Counted from the first letter of the stretch, positions 23,498 to 35,700 are shown. The stretch: DNA of 64,000 nt from Odoribacter sp. Z80 (GCF_009935865.1 NZ_QWEL01000002.1:344426-408425), one strand, 5' to 3'. The notes: generated by a model not told the origin, from the letters alone. A program made the numbers and translations.

Positions 23498-24703
23498 ATG
23501 ATGAAAGCAATGAAAAACCTATCTTTAAGCCTGTTTCTGCTCATATATTGCGCAGGAATATTCAGTTGTTCCGATTCCGATGATGACGGATACTCCGGAA
23601 AAAACAAATTATACATCACAACCGACCAGGATCCCGTCATGATAGAATCCGACACAACTCCCCTACGGGCCAGCCTCATCATGACACGGGCTTACGCAAA
23701 AGACCAGACCTTTGAAATCTCCGTGACAAACACTACAAACGAAATGGACAACCTGGTGACGGTAAAACCCTCATCAGTAACCATTCCCTCAGGGGCAAAA
23801 GCGGTAAACTTTGACATCATCTCCAATGGTAGGGAAATCCTGAAAAACGAAGTCTACCTCGAAATCAGTGTGAAAGCCTTGCCCGAAACAGATATGGAAG
23901 TACACCAAATCCTTAAAATCAGATTAAAACCCGGCTTACGCAACCCCGAACTAAGCGAAGAACAAAAAGCCCTGTTAGAAAGTTACAAACAAAACGGACT
24001 CGACCTCAGCCAATGGATTGGAGTAATCCCCGTAAAAGTCAAAATAAACAGTCCGGCAGACGGCTTTTATGAACCTTTTATCACCGAATTTACGAAAGAA
24101 TACACCGGAAAAACCGTTATTACCCTAAGCGAACAGTCCACCGCAAACGCTCCCGTATTGAAAATGACGGAAAACCCGATGGGTCTGACAGAATACTTCT
24201 ACTTCATACTCCGTAAAGTCACCGTTGAAAACACCGAATACTGGACTCCGCAACCCGACATACCGGCCATGATGGAGCTGATCAATTTCTCGGCCGACAG
24301 CAAAGAAACATTTGATATGACATTAGACAATATCCGTCTCGGAATGCCTCAAAACGGAAAATCCGCCATCACCTTTACAGGTGAGAAATCCGAAGATGAC
24401 CCCATTACTATCGTCCCTTTCCATTACGACTATTCAGCCTGGAATCGCCTGAAAGAATTGGCAGATGCCGGCAATGAAATAGCACTCGCCTGTTCTGGCA
24501 ACTCTCAGACCCTGGATCCCCTCTTCCACCTGTTCACCACAGACATCAGCGAAGACGGATGGGAAAACGAACCCTCGGACTTCGTAGCCCCGGAAGGCAG
24601 CCTGAACATAAACGAAGGCAAAATGACCTTTATCTTCTCCTTCGATCACAGCGATGCCGGCGGTTATTCCCAGATAACCATTGAATATACCCTACCTGAA
24701 TAA
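23498..24703 (+). CDS. PUL-associated surface lipoprotein in the SusE/F position. Function unknown.
   Basis: Lipoprotein signal ...GIFSCSDSDDDG. 401 aa with no recognisable catalytic motif. Confidence 0.45.
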   Translation: MMKAMKNLSLSLFLLIYCAGIFSCSDSDDDGYSGKNKLYITTDQDPVMIESDTTPLRASLIMTRAYAKDQTFEISVTNTTNEMDNLVTVKPSSVTIPSGAKAVNFDIISNGREILKNEVYLEISVKALPETDMEVHQILKIRLKPGLRNPELSEEQKALLESYKQNGLDLSQWIGVIPVKVKINSPADGFYEPFITEFTKEYTGKTVITLSEQSTANAPVLKMTENPMGLTEYFYFILRKVTVENTEYWTPQPDIPAMMELINFSADSKETFDMTLDNIRLGMPQNGKSAITFTGEKSEDDPITIVPFHYDYSAWNRLKELADAGNEIALACSGNSQTLDPLFHLFTTDISEDGWENEPSDFVAPEGSLNINEGKMTFIFSFDHSDAGGYSQITIEYTLPE

Positions 24704-24711
24704 ATACAACA

Positions 24712-27534
24712 ATGCATATAGATAAAATCATTTCCATACTCTGTATCCTGATGCTGTCCTGCTGGACAGCACAGGGACAGCAGTACCCGAAAAGCGAAGC
24801 AATTGCCTTGCCCCAGGGAACCCTCTTCAAAAGTCTCCCCAACGGATTACGCTACATCCTCAAAGCAAACGACTTGCCCGGACATAAGATAGAATTCCGC
24901 TTAGTAATTCCGTCCGGGTCCCTTCGGCAAACCCGGCACGAAGGAGGAGTAGCCCATTTCCTGGAACACATGGCTTTCAACGGAACAACCCACTTTCCGG
25001 AAAAAGGCATCGTCAACTACCTCGAATCCCTGGGCGTCAAATATGGTTTCGGGATTAACGCTTTTACCGGATTTGACCGCACCATCTATATGTTCTCTAT
25101 TCCAACTGATCATCCGGAAGGCCTGGACCAGGCTCTGCTTATACTGAAAGACTGGCTGTGCGGCATCACCATTGCCCCCGAGGAAGTGGAAGGGGAAAAA
25201 GGCATTATCCTCGAAGAAGAACGGGGCTACGACACCGGTGACGTCTTCTACGACCTGAAAGTAAAAAACACCCGCTACAGCCGGCGGATGCCTCTGGGAA
25301 CACCAGAAGAGATACAAAACATGACAGCCCGGAAACTAAAAAAATTCTACCACAAATGGTATACCCCGGCATCAGCCGCATTAATCATCGTAGGCGACAT
25401 AGATACCACCCTTACCGAAAAAAAAATACAAGAACTGTTTGCCGGAATACCGGCCCATAAAACAACCGCCCGGGCCTATTCCCTGAACTATCCCCAAAAA
25501 ATCATTTATCAGGACATAGCAGATACCCTGCTCAGCCGCTCCTCTTTAGAACTGATTTTACCTAAACCAACCATCACCCAGCACACCTACGGAGACAAAC
25601 TGGAAAAAGCCAAAGAGACATTACTCGTTTCAGCCATTAACGAGCGTTTCAAAGCCCTGCAACTCAATGTCTCTCTCTCCAAACAATGGTACTTAGGTGA
25701 CAAAGACCACCTCGTACTCAGTTTCGAAGGGAAAAACGACACAGCCATACAAACTCAAATCAGCCAAGCCGTTAACGCCTTAAAAAATATCCGGCAAACA
25801 GGATTTTGTTCTGCCGAACTACAACATCTGAAAGAAAACATCATCCGCAAATCCGCTCATTTATCCACCGTAAAAAACTCGGACGAATGGTGTGAAGACT
25901 TCATCGACCTGCTCCTCAGCGGAGAACGTTATCTCCAGGATACCCTTCACCAAAACGGATTGGCACAGCACATTCGCAATGTTCAAAGCCGGGAACTCCA
26001 GACCCTGGCCCGGCAGTGGTTTTCAAACCCCGGAACAATCCTGGCAGCCTATCGCTATCATCCGGAAAAAGGTATAAGCTTAGATAAAAAAATGATCAAA
26101 GCAGCCTGGAAATCCGGCGAAAAAAGCCCTTGCCAGCCTTACGAATACATTGTCCGCGAGCAAGAAGAACAACAAACCGTACCACTACCCGCATTCCTTA
26201 CCCGCGAAATAACGCCTGCTCCGGCCTGCATAGCCGCAGAACGATGGATAGAAACACTGGGAATCAAGGAACTCCAACTCACAAACGGAGTACGGCTCAT
26301 CCTAAAACCGACCAAAGACGAAACCAAACAAATCACCATCCATACCTTTGCCCCCGGAGGTACCTCCTTGCTGACTCCCGACAATTATGCATTGTTAGAA
26401 GGCACAGCCGGCTATATGGAAATGGGAGGCATCGAAAAAATGGACTACGACACCTACGGAATGATGCTCGCCCAGGAAAATATGGCCTTCACAGTACTGT
26501 TGGAAACATACTGGCACGGTTGGATGGCCATGGCTCCCGCAGATAAAAGTACAGAACTGTGCCATCTCATTTACGAAAAATGCTTCTATCCTGAAAAAAG
26601 ATATGAAGACTTTGAAGAAATACGCCGGGACATGCTTGCTGCCCCGGAAAAAGAAACAGTACTCAGCAAAATGCTACGCAACGCTCCGGACCGTCAGCTA
26701 TCCAAACGGATGGACGAACTGATGGGAAACATCGTCCCATTCGGCAATAGTCCCGAAAATAAACAACAAATCGAAGCCCTCAACCTCGACAGCATTGCGG
26801 ACTTCTACCGGCAACTCTATACTAATCCCGACGGTATGACCTGCGTCGTATGCGGAAATTTTGACCTCCGGGAGGTTGAAAAAAAACTCGTCGCAACCCT
26901 TGGAGCCTTTCCCCGCCACCACAAACCCAATCAATGGGTGGACCCGCAATTCCAATTACCGGCTGCTTCCTACCAGGAAGAATTTCCAAACCAACATCCG
27001 AATCAAACCGTCTTCGACTATTTATTCTACGGACATCATAAAAACGGCCTACGCCACTCCCTGACATTAAAACTGGTCCGGGATGTCGTACGCAACCGCC
27101 TGCTTTCCATACTCAGGGAAAAAGAGTCCCTGCTTTACTCTCCCTACATTTCCCTGTTTTACAAAGGCTATCCGCAACCCACCTACTACTTTGACATCAA
27201 CGCCTCGGTCGATACCAAATACACCGCCAAAGTAGACAAATTACTCAGGGAAATTATCCGGGACATCCAGGAAAAACCGGTTACACCCGAAGAACTGTCG
27301 GCATTACAACGCTCATTTATAGTTACCCGACGCGAATCCATAAACGACTACGCCACGGCAGAGTGGAAAAAATACCTGAGCGGAGCCCTGAAAGACGGAG
27401 AGGACCTCGACGAACTGGCACGCTACGAAGAAATACTGTACTCTATCACCCCTGAGGATATCCGGAACGCCTGCCGGCAATATTTCAACCTGAACAACTA
27501 CGTTCTCCTGCACATGGGACCTTTTGAAAAATAA
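24712..27534 (+). CDS. Secreted M16 family zinc peptidase (insulinase/pitrilysin-like, two-halves architecture).
   Basis: Signal peptide. Inverted zinc motif HFLEHMAF (HxxEH) near the N-terminus. 940 aa. Confidence 0.85.
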   Translation: MHIDKIISILCILMLSCWTAQGQQYPKSEAIALPQGTLFKSLPNGLRYILKANDLPGHKIEFRLVIPSGSLRQTRHEGGVAHFLEHMAFNGTTHFPEKGIVNYLESLGVKYGFGINAFTGFDRTIYMFSIPTDHPEGLDQALLILKDWLCGITIAPEEVEGEKGIILEEERGYDTGDVFYDLKVKNTRYSRRMPLGTPEEIQNMTARKLKKFYHKWYTPASAALIIVGDIDTTLTEKKIQELFAGIPAHKTTARAYSLNYPQKIIYQDIADTLLSRSSLELILPKPTITQHTYGDKLEKAKETLLVSAINERFKALQLNVSLSKQWYLGDKDHLVLSFEGKNDTAIQTQISQAVNALKNIRQTGFCSAELQHLKENIIRKSAHLSTVKNSDEWCEDFIDLLLSGERYLQDTLHQNGLAQHIRNVQSRELQTLARQWFSNPGTILAAYRYHPEKGISLDKKMIKAAWKSGEKSPCQPYEYIVREQEEQQTVPLPAFLTREITPAPACIAAERWIETLGIKELQLTNGVRLILKPTKDETKQITIHTFAPGGTSLLTPDNYALLEGTAGYMEMGGIEKMDYDTYGMMLAQENMAFTVLLETYWHGWMAMAPADKSTELCHLIYEKCFYPEKRYEDFEEIRRDMLAAPEKETVLSKMLRNAPDRQLSKRMDELMGNIVPFGNSPENKQQIEALNLDSIADFYRQLYTNPDGMTCVVCGNFDLREVEKKLVATLGAFPRHHKPNQWVDPQFQLPAASYQEEFPNQHPNQTVFDYLFYGHHKNGLRHSLTLKLVRDVVRNRLLSILREKESLLYSPYISLFYKGYPQPTYYFDINASVDTKYTAKVDKLLREIIRDIQEKPVTPEELSALQRSFIVTRRESINDYATAEWKKYLSGALKDGEDLDELARYEEILYSITPEDIRNACRQYFNLNNYVLLHMGPFEK

Positions 27535-27550
27535 ATAAAAACACATTGAT

Positions 27551-28417
27551 ATGAAATACATCCTTACCCTACTCTGCACTCTCCTCCTTTTTATTCAAAC
27601 CAAAAGCCAGGAAAAAAAAGCCTACAACCTCTTCGACGCCTCAGGCAAACAAATCAGTTACCAGGAAATGATGAAAACCCTGAAAACACAAGATGTTGTA
27701 TTCATCGGCGAAATCCATAATTGTCCGATAGCCCACTGGCTCGAATATGAAATCATCAAAGACCTCTATCGGAAGCACGGTGACAAACTGACCATCGGAG
27801 CTGAAATGCTGGAAGCCGACAACCAGCTCATCCTCAACGAGTACCTCGACGGACTTATCAGCTCCGACCGGTTCGAAGAAGAAGCCCGACTCTGGCCCAA
27901 TTACACCACCGACTACGCCAACGTAATCGGATTAGGACGCGAACACCATTTACCCGTTATCGCAACCAACGTCCCACGCCGCTACGCCAATATGGTCAAA
28001 AACGGAGGATTCGAAGCCCTGGAGAAACTATCTCCCGAAGCTCTCCAATACATAGCTCCGCTTCCCATAGAATATACTCCCGACGAAGAAGCAAGCGCAA
28101 TGTTCGGACTCATGCTGATGACATCTGCCAAAAAGACTAATCCGGAGAATATAGCAAAAGCACAAGCTATCAAAGACGCTACCATGGGATGGCTCATTTC
28201 AAAAAACCTCAGATCAAAATTCGTACACCTCAACGGGAACTACCATTCCGACTTCAAAAAAGGCATTATCACCTATCTCAACCTATATCGCCCAGGCCTC
28301 AAAATCGCCAACATCTGCTCTGTACGCCAGGACGAAATAGATAAACTGGGAGAAGAAAACCAGGGACGGGCAGACTTTTATATCTGTGTTCCCACCGACA
28401 TGACCATGACCTACTGA
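27551..28417 (+). CDS. ChaN family (Tiki/TraB/ChaN superfamily) lipoprotein, a putative haem-binding protein.
   Basis: Signal peptide. ...QDVVFIGEIHNCPIAHWLEYEIIKDLYRKHGDKLTIGAEMLEADNQ... typical of ChaN/GumN-like proteins. Sits 16 bp after the M16 gene. Confidence 0.65.
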   Translation: MKYILTLLCTLLLFIQTKSQEKKAYNLFDASGKQISYQEMMKTLKTQDVVFIGEIHNCPIAHWLEYEIIKDLYRKHGDKLTIGAEMLEADNQLILNEYLDGLISSDRFEEEARLWPNYTTDYANVIGLGREHHLPVIATNVPRRYANMVKNGGFEALEKLSPEALQYIAPLPIEYTPDEEASAMFGLMLMTSAKKTNPENIAKAQAIKDATMGWLISKNLRSKFVHLNGNYHSDFKKGIITYLNLYRPGLKIANICSVRQDEIDKLGEENQGRADFYICVPTDMTMTY

Positions 28418-28485
28418 AAAATCCTTTCTTCCATAACCTTAAACCGGCAAAAAGAGTATAACAGGATAAACCCCAACACCCTGTT

Positions 28486-29226
28486 ATGGAAGAAAAAAAA
28501 CGGCTTACCGAACCCAACATCCCCCAGCCCGACCCCCGATACAAAATCAAGGTCATGGCGAAGGGTCCCTATTTAGTATACGGAAACCCACCGTTATCTC
28601 AGGAAATTTTAGTGGAAAACAACGAACACACGATATGGAAATACGAATCCGGACAAACGTTCTCTGCCGCCAACCAGCCGACCCCGCTGTGCCGCTGCGG
28701 ACATTCCCATAACCATCCCTACTGCGACGGAGCACATGCACACGCAGAATGGGAGTCCGCACTCACCGCCGACAATATTCCTCTGTTGGAAGATGCAGAA
28801 CTATATGACGGGGAGACCGTATCATTAGCCGACAATATCAAATATTGTTCCCATGCCCGGATATGCCTGGCAAAAGGTACCGTATGGGAACTCATCAAAA
28901 CTTCCGGCAATCCGGAAGACCGGGACAACGCAATCCACGAAAGCACCCTCTGCCCCTCCGGACGCCTCAAACTTTGGGATAAACAAACGGAAAACTTCAT
29001 CGAGCCTCCTTTGAAACCGGCAATCAGCCTCATCGAAGACCCGCAAATGAAATGTAGCGGCCCGCTATGGGTCAAAGGCGGTATACCCATAAACGGACCC
29101 GACGGAACAAAATACGAACAACGCAACCGGGTCAACCTCTGCCGCTGCGGCGCATCTTCCAACAAACCTTTCTGCGACGGAACACACGTCCGGATCCGGT
29201 TTAACGACAAACTACCCCTCAGCTAA
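28486..29226 (+). CDS. CDGSH iron-sulfur domain protein (two CDGSH motifs).
   Basis: CRCGHSHNHPYCDGAH and CRCGASSNKPFCDGTH. Confidence 0.8.
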   Translation: MEEKKRLTEPNIPQPDPRYKIKVMAKGPYLVYGNPPLSQEILVENNEHTIWKYESGQTFSAANQPTPLCRCGHSHNHPYCDGAHAHAEWESALTADNIPLLEDAELYDGETVSLADNIKYCSHARICLAKGTVWELIKTSGNPEDRDNAIHESTLCPSGRLKLWDKQTENFIEPPLKPAISLIEDPQMKCSGPLWVKGGIPINGPDGTKYEQRNRVNLCRCGASSNKPFCDGTHVRIRFNDKLPLS

Positions 29227-29691
29227 CCATCGTTTATACGGACATTTACTTAACATCCCGTTATAATAACGCAAATCTCCGGTAACTTCCGGACCCAGCC
29301 ATTCAGGCCGTTCAAAAGCCTCGTCCCGATTTTTCAATTCCACTTCCGCCACCACCAAACCCTCATTCTCCCCATAAAACTCATCCACCTCAAAAACATG
29401 CTTTCCCACCCGGACAAAATAACGGACCTTATCTATCACTCCCGGTTCACACAACTGCAACAACTCCCGGGCTTCCTCCACGGCAATCTGCTTCTCCCAT
29501 TCATAACGGCTCAATCCCTCCGAATCACTTTTACCTTTTATCGTAATAAATCCCTGGTCACCCCGGACCCGGACCCGGACCGTGCGTTCCGGAACAGAAC
29601 ACAGATACCCCTGGACAATCCGAACCGATTGATAGGCCAGGGACTTGAATTCTCCGGCCACCAGAAACTTCCTTTCAATTTCCTGCGCCAT
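29212..29691 (-). CDS. CYTH domain protein (triphosphate tunnel metalloenzyme; CyaB-like class-IV adenylyl cyclase / triphosphatase fold).
   Basis: N-terminal EIERKFLV motif plus the alternating acidic and basic beta-strand residues of the CYTH tunnel. 159 aa. Confidence 0.8.
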   Translation of the reverse strand: MAQEIERKFLVAGEFKSLAYQSVRIVQGYLCSVPERTVRVRVRGDQGFITIKGKSDSEGLSRYEWEKQIAVEEARELLQLCEPGVIDKVRYFVRVGKHVFEVDEFYGENEGLVVAEVELKNRDEAFERPEWLGPEVTGDLRYYNGMLSKCPYKRWLAEG

Positions 29692-29702
29692 CTCTGAAAA
29701 AC

Positions 29703-32700
29703 TTACTTCTTATTCCTTTTAGGCTTTCTCTCCGGCACTTTAACCTCCGCCGGCATCTTCCTGCCTTCCAAAAATTTCACCACAGCATATTTGGCAGCAG
29801 CTATCGTTTCCCGGTTCACCTTCTCAATCACACTTCCCCGGGCCACATCTTCCGTAGTCACATACCCTTCCATCAACAACAACTGTACAATCATATTATT
29901 AACGTTCGTTTCCTCACTATACCCTTCAGCAATATACAACCGGTCCATATGTTCGGAAAACTCACGCGCAAACTCCGGGTAATTGGGTAAACTCATCAAC
30001 TCCTCGAAAGTCTCGCTAAAACTGCTCAACTCAATATTCAAATTCGGATTGACCAGCAAAGGACTGAATTCTTTTTTCGGATCCACCGGTTTAAAATCCA
30101 CCAGATTACCCATATCCACCTTCCGGCTGATATCATCCATCCGGCGATAATCCGCTTTCTTCATATTCTCTAACTGATAAATAAAGAAATTATAACGCCA
30201 CAATTCCGAGCTATTCATTTCCCCTCCGAAAATAGGACGGTACTTCTCATTCAACAGACGCTTCACCCGGATTTTACCTTCATTGATTTCAGGCCGGGTC
30301 ACCCGCACTTCCTGAATCATCCGCTTCAACTCCATAGCCGCTTTTTGCGGTCCGGTTATCTCACGGCCCTTCTTGCCGATTTCTGTGGAAAGCATTCCGC
30401 ACTGAATATTCCGGGCTTTGCCTTCTCCCTTCTCTCCACCCCGCATCACACGCACCAAATTCAATACAGAATCCAGCTGTCCCTCCTCTGCTATAAAAGG
30501 CTGTCCGCCCGGTGTGCTGGCCAACGAATCGAAAATACTGCTGAACATCTTCCGGTCAATCTTCATCTCCCGGCTTTCTCCCTCCCCATAAGATACAGTT
30601 GCCATAAAACGGTTTTGTATCATATCAAAAGAAACCGTCTCAATAGTATAACATACACCGTCACGGCGGAACTGCTTCCCGTCAAAAATCAGATTCACCA
30701 CCTCCGTCACATCGATTTTATCCAGAAGTTTATAAGAAGAAGCCAGATAATACTGCTTCTCTCCTTCCACATAATCCCAGTCCAGAATCACATCCAGATA
30801 ATTCCCGTGACGGGCAATCACATCCACGATATTCTTATCCGCCGTATAACGCTTCAGCGTACGCTGAAAATTCGGGCCGTCCTGGCTGGTAGCCTTCTCC
30901 TTTCGCTCGCCGTGAGCATCCATATACAACAGGAAATTCTCCGGATTATCCACCCGCGTAATCCCGGCCTCCTCCTTCGAATAATTACCCGCACTCAGCA
31001 TAATGTCAATCTTATAAGGCATGGTAATATCACACATACCGCTCACCGTACTCCGTGAATTCAAATCTTCCACATTACTGTCGGCACTGCTCTCAAATAA
31101 ATACTTATAATATTTGATATAATCCGGATCAAAATCCGTCGTCCGGGAAAAATCACCCACTTCCGTTCCGATACCATAAAGATTACCCTCCGCATCCTGA
31201 AACTCATGGAACATATCTCCCGCAATCAATTTCACAGAACGCACGCCTTCCAGGTTATTCCGCAACCATTTCAAAATAAAGGCAGCTATCATCTCCGACT
31301 TGCCCACTCCACTGTCTCCGTTAATCTCCACCACAAAAATACTGCCGTCATTCTCCTCCACGGCAAACAACGAACCGTGACGCGGATTACCGCCAATCTC
31401 CTTTATCTTCTCATTAATCACCGTCAGACGGGGCTTCTTCACATCCCCGAAATAATCCACCTTCTGCTTCAACGGAGTAACAATAGTCTTGATATTTCCG
31501 TTCGGTCCCGGAATATCAAAATAACCGATCTGAGGGAAAGAAATCAACTTCTCCGGGGCACCCAGAAAACTGATCACATCCGGTACAAAATTCGTAATAT
31601 CGGTAAGAGCTATATCCTCCGTATAATTCAACCGGTAATTATCCGTCAGATACTTCATATACCCCTTCTGGAAAATCACCAACTCCTTCACCATCCCATG
31701 TTTCACTACCTTACAACGGTAGTCATCAGAATCCATATTCGCAATAAACCGGGCCAGACGATTCGTAAAGAAAGAAGAATCCGGACGCAAATCCAACAAC
31801 TTCAGATAATCATTCGGTCCGGCCTCCTCCATCTGCACCTTCGACCGGGCATCCAAACGATCCACTTTATGGAAAGGATATTCCCGCTTCTTTGCATCCG
31901 TCACAATACGGGTATGCTCCTGTACCGGCTGCTCGGAAGAAATCACCCCGCACTTCCGCATCAACTCATTGATCCAGCTAATCCGCCCCCCCTGGAAAGT
32001 CTCCAAAGCCTTATTCTCCATCTCAAAGCCTTTATAAATTGAAATACCATGCTGAACCATTTCATTCACACTTGAATTCTGTTTCATAAAAGCCGTCTCC
32101 ACCAAACGTACCAGCGTATGCGTATAACGCTTATAATAATCCGTTCCTTTCGTCCGCTTAATCATACTGATATAAAACAGCACCACCTTACGGCTCACCC
32201 GGTGAATCTCCCCCTCCGCCACCTTAATGTCACGGCGCCGCATAATATAATCATTAATCTCCTTCAATTGCGAAGGCATAATCTCCGTGATAAATTCCTC
32301 GGTAAACATTTTCACCTCTCCATCCTCACAAGCTCCGATCTTATCACTGAAATATTTCAGCTTCGCCGAAACCAACCGGTAAAAAGAATGGTCATTATTC
32401 AGCAAATAAAGGAAAAGAATCTTGTCCGTCACCGACATACCGTCCCGGTTCATTCCCGAAGCAATAGAATCCATGACATAACCCATGCACTTCTGAGCCA
32501 GCAGAGTTTCCTTAAACTCAGGCAACGCCCGCAACCGGTTGATAAACTCATCCACCCAAATCTGTAAATTCAGGTCCCCCAGCTGAATACCGATAATCTC
32601 TTCAAAAGTCTCTCCGGCCACCCGTACAATCTCCTTTCGGCTGGGTTCCAGGCTTTCTTTCTCAAACGGCAGGTTAAAATGCAACAAAATCTCCCGGATA

Positions 32701-35700
32701 TATTTCTTAATAATCACATTAATCCCTTCCAGTTTCGATTTATCCAATCCCGGACTTCCGGTAGCATCAATAGCCAGAATCTTCACCTTACTGTCAGAAA
32801 ACAAAATGTGCTCCATCTCAATCAGAATCTCCCGCATGACATTCTTCTCCATCGGATCATCAAGCACATTAAAATTAGGCTGGAAAGTCTTCTTATTCGT
32901 GATATACTTCAAAATAACCGCCTTACTGTACTTCGAACTCACCGTATTAAAATCCAGGTCAGCAATTGCCGGCACCTGCTTATAAATCTGAGCCAGCAAA
33001 TTCTCATACACCTTCGTAAAAGCTGCACTGCGGATAAATTCAAAAACATCCCGGCACGAACCAATCTTATCCCCATGCAACTCAATCACTGAATTTACCG
33101 AACGGTCAATCGTAGTGATACTCACCCCGCTACGCTCAGGCGAAGCATGATAAAGTGTCCGTATATCGCGGATTTGCAAAGAAGGAGCCTTATCCTTCTT
33201 AAATCCGGCAGACAAAGGAAAATCCCCGATAACCGCTTCGATCAAATCCTGCGTCCTCCCATAAGCAAATATCTCCTCTAAAATAGTATGGCTTTCCACC
33301 TCCTTATATTCCGGAGCTAAACGCTTCCCTGCAAACATTGTCCAATACTTCACGAAAATCGTGAAAGCATCTTCCAATTCATACTTAAACACCTGCTTAC
33401 TCTCTTCCGTATCAGACAAAAAACCGCCAATGGCAAAACGGACCAATCCCGTAGGATACGGCACCGCAGCAATACCCCGGTTCAGCGCCAGATACTGGCA
33501 GAAACACAACAAGTCCGCATAAGAAAATCCTTCACCCACCCGGAAATTAAACAAATAAGAACCATCCGAAGGCAACCAGGTCACGTTCGTCCCCTCAAAC
33601 CGGGCAACCACCCGCTGAGCCACATCCTTCGCCCAATTCATACGCTGCAGTGACTCACTGCGGAAATTCTTATTCACACGGAAACGGTTTAAATTTTCTA
33701 CCAACCGTTTCTGATAATAAACAAAAAACGGTTCATTCTCATACTTAAAATCATCCGGTAAGGCCAGAATATCCAACTTATCCAAAGCCACCAATTCATC
33801 CAACAGAAAAATATACAACGGACTACCCTCAAAACCAGCTGTCTTATGCAATTGCCGGTTAACAACACTATTTGCATTCGACTTCTCAATCCGTCCGATC
33901 TGTTCATTGATAAAACGCACCAACGTCTCCTTAATCTTATAGCGGGAAGCATTTTTCGGCAATTCGCCCTCAAGCGTATCTTTAATCTTCTTCGCTACCT
34001 GAGCTATTTCCAACAGATTATTCAACATCAGCAAAGAATTGTTATTTCCGTGAGCGCTCGAATTCTGCTGCCGCACAAAAGCAGCCACAGAAGCAGCCTG
34101 GGGAGTAACCGCCAAAGCCCCTAAACGATCGCCCGTAGCCGATAAATTCTTCGTTGTAGACAAAGAAGAAACCGCCCGTATATTAGCCTGAGCATTGATA
34201 TTATTAATAATATAACGCGATATAGTGCGCCATTTCGGCATATTCTTATCCGTAACCTTCACACTGTCCGCATAAGCCTCATCTAAAAACAAGGTAATCT
34301 TGCTCGTATTCATCAGTTTCAGAAACGAATTCAGCGCTTCCGTATTAAAATCCGTATATCCGGTCGGATTATTCGGATCATTAATCAAAATAGTCGTATT
34401 TTCACAAAACAAATCCCACAGACTTCCACTATCATCAAACAAAGACAAAGTAGATTTAATCCGAAGCAACTTATCCGTCAAACGCTCATAAGCCAAACGC
34501 CCGTCAGGTAAATTCTCAATCTCTATATCAAACGGATTAATATCAAAACTGTCATCCGGCAACAAATCCTTATACTCCCACGCCTGCATCGCATTATAAA
34601 TAACATAAGGCTTCGGACGGCCATGGGGATGAAACAACAAATCCCGGATAATCATCTGCACCGAATCAGATACAGAGGTCTGCTCCAGATTTCCCAATGC
34701 CGACAAAAACTCCTTCACCACCTCCTGCTCCTCCGGAGACAAAGCCCGGTACTTCTCCCGGATACCCAAGTCATTCAGGAAATTATCATACCGGCCCTTA
34801 TTATTCGCATCGTTATCCACCTTCGTAATATAAGCCTGATACTTCTCCAGGAACAGGTTAATCCCGAAATTCTTATGGAAATGATTCTTTAAAGTCCGTT
34901 CATAATTACTCGGAATAATACTCAGAATCAACTCACAAGCCCGGTATACCTTCTCATCCAACCGATGCAAAGGCTTCTGTAACAAATATTGGCCATAAGT
35001 GCGTATCTGATTCCGACCGCCTCCCTCCAATACACTCAACACCTGAATCTGCGGACTGTCGGAATAAAAATACTGCCGTATACGGCTTTCAAATTCCTCT
35101 ATCAGCTCCCGTGTCTGTACTTGCCGCTTATCCTCCTTGTGGCAATTCTCCAGGAAATAAATAAAATCCCGTAGCTTCTCCAACGAATACTTATCCTGAA
35201 CAATCTTCCGGGAGAACACATCTAACTTAAACACATTCAGGCGTTTCACTGCATCGGTAGCCGTTCCGAGCTGTTCTTGCAGGATATGATTGATTTCCTT
35301 CTCATACTCCCGTATCTGAATCTCAATTTTTTCACGGAATTCAGCCAAAAAAGAAAGATTGACATTCTCCAGAATCAACCGCAGATTCAACTGCGTATTA
35401 GCCGGCGAACCCAATTTCTTGGTATGCACCTTATTCAGCGTATTGATGATTCCATTGTGAAAACAGAACACCAAAGAAGTATTGGAGCTGCGGGACTCCT
35501 TCGAATCGTCTACAATCACTAAACGCGTCAGCAAAGGAAACCACTTCTCTCCCGAAAAAGGATTCACCCGCATATGGCGTGCTTTCACCACAAAAACAGA
35601 AGTCGTATCCACACACATCTGCTCGAAAAGCTCCTCAGCAGAAGGATTCTCCAACACCTGCACACTATTACGGCTGAAAACATCCCCCCGAATCAAACCA

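Noticed and set aside
31293-31319. GDSGVGKS is identical to the Rab/Ras G1 motif, which raised the possibility of a small-GTPase (Roc-like) domain in the giant protein.
   Set aside because: No DxxG (G3) or NKxD (G4) motifs follow at the expected spacing. The preceding HG..F.V...G..FVV.INGDSGVGKSE strand and the following L(I/V)A(G/D)D fit HprK-type kinases better.
30345-33092. Several 137-278-aa plus-strand ORFs (30345-31058, 31206-32042, 32118-32567, 32679-33092) inside the giant gene.
   Set aside because: They are antisense shadow ORFs of a continuous 6.7-kb minus-strand reading frame. Their translations are low-complexity, rich in H, R, I, L and Q, and show no motifs.
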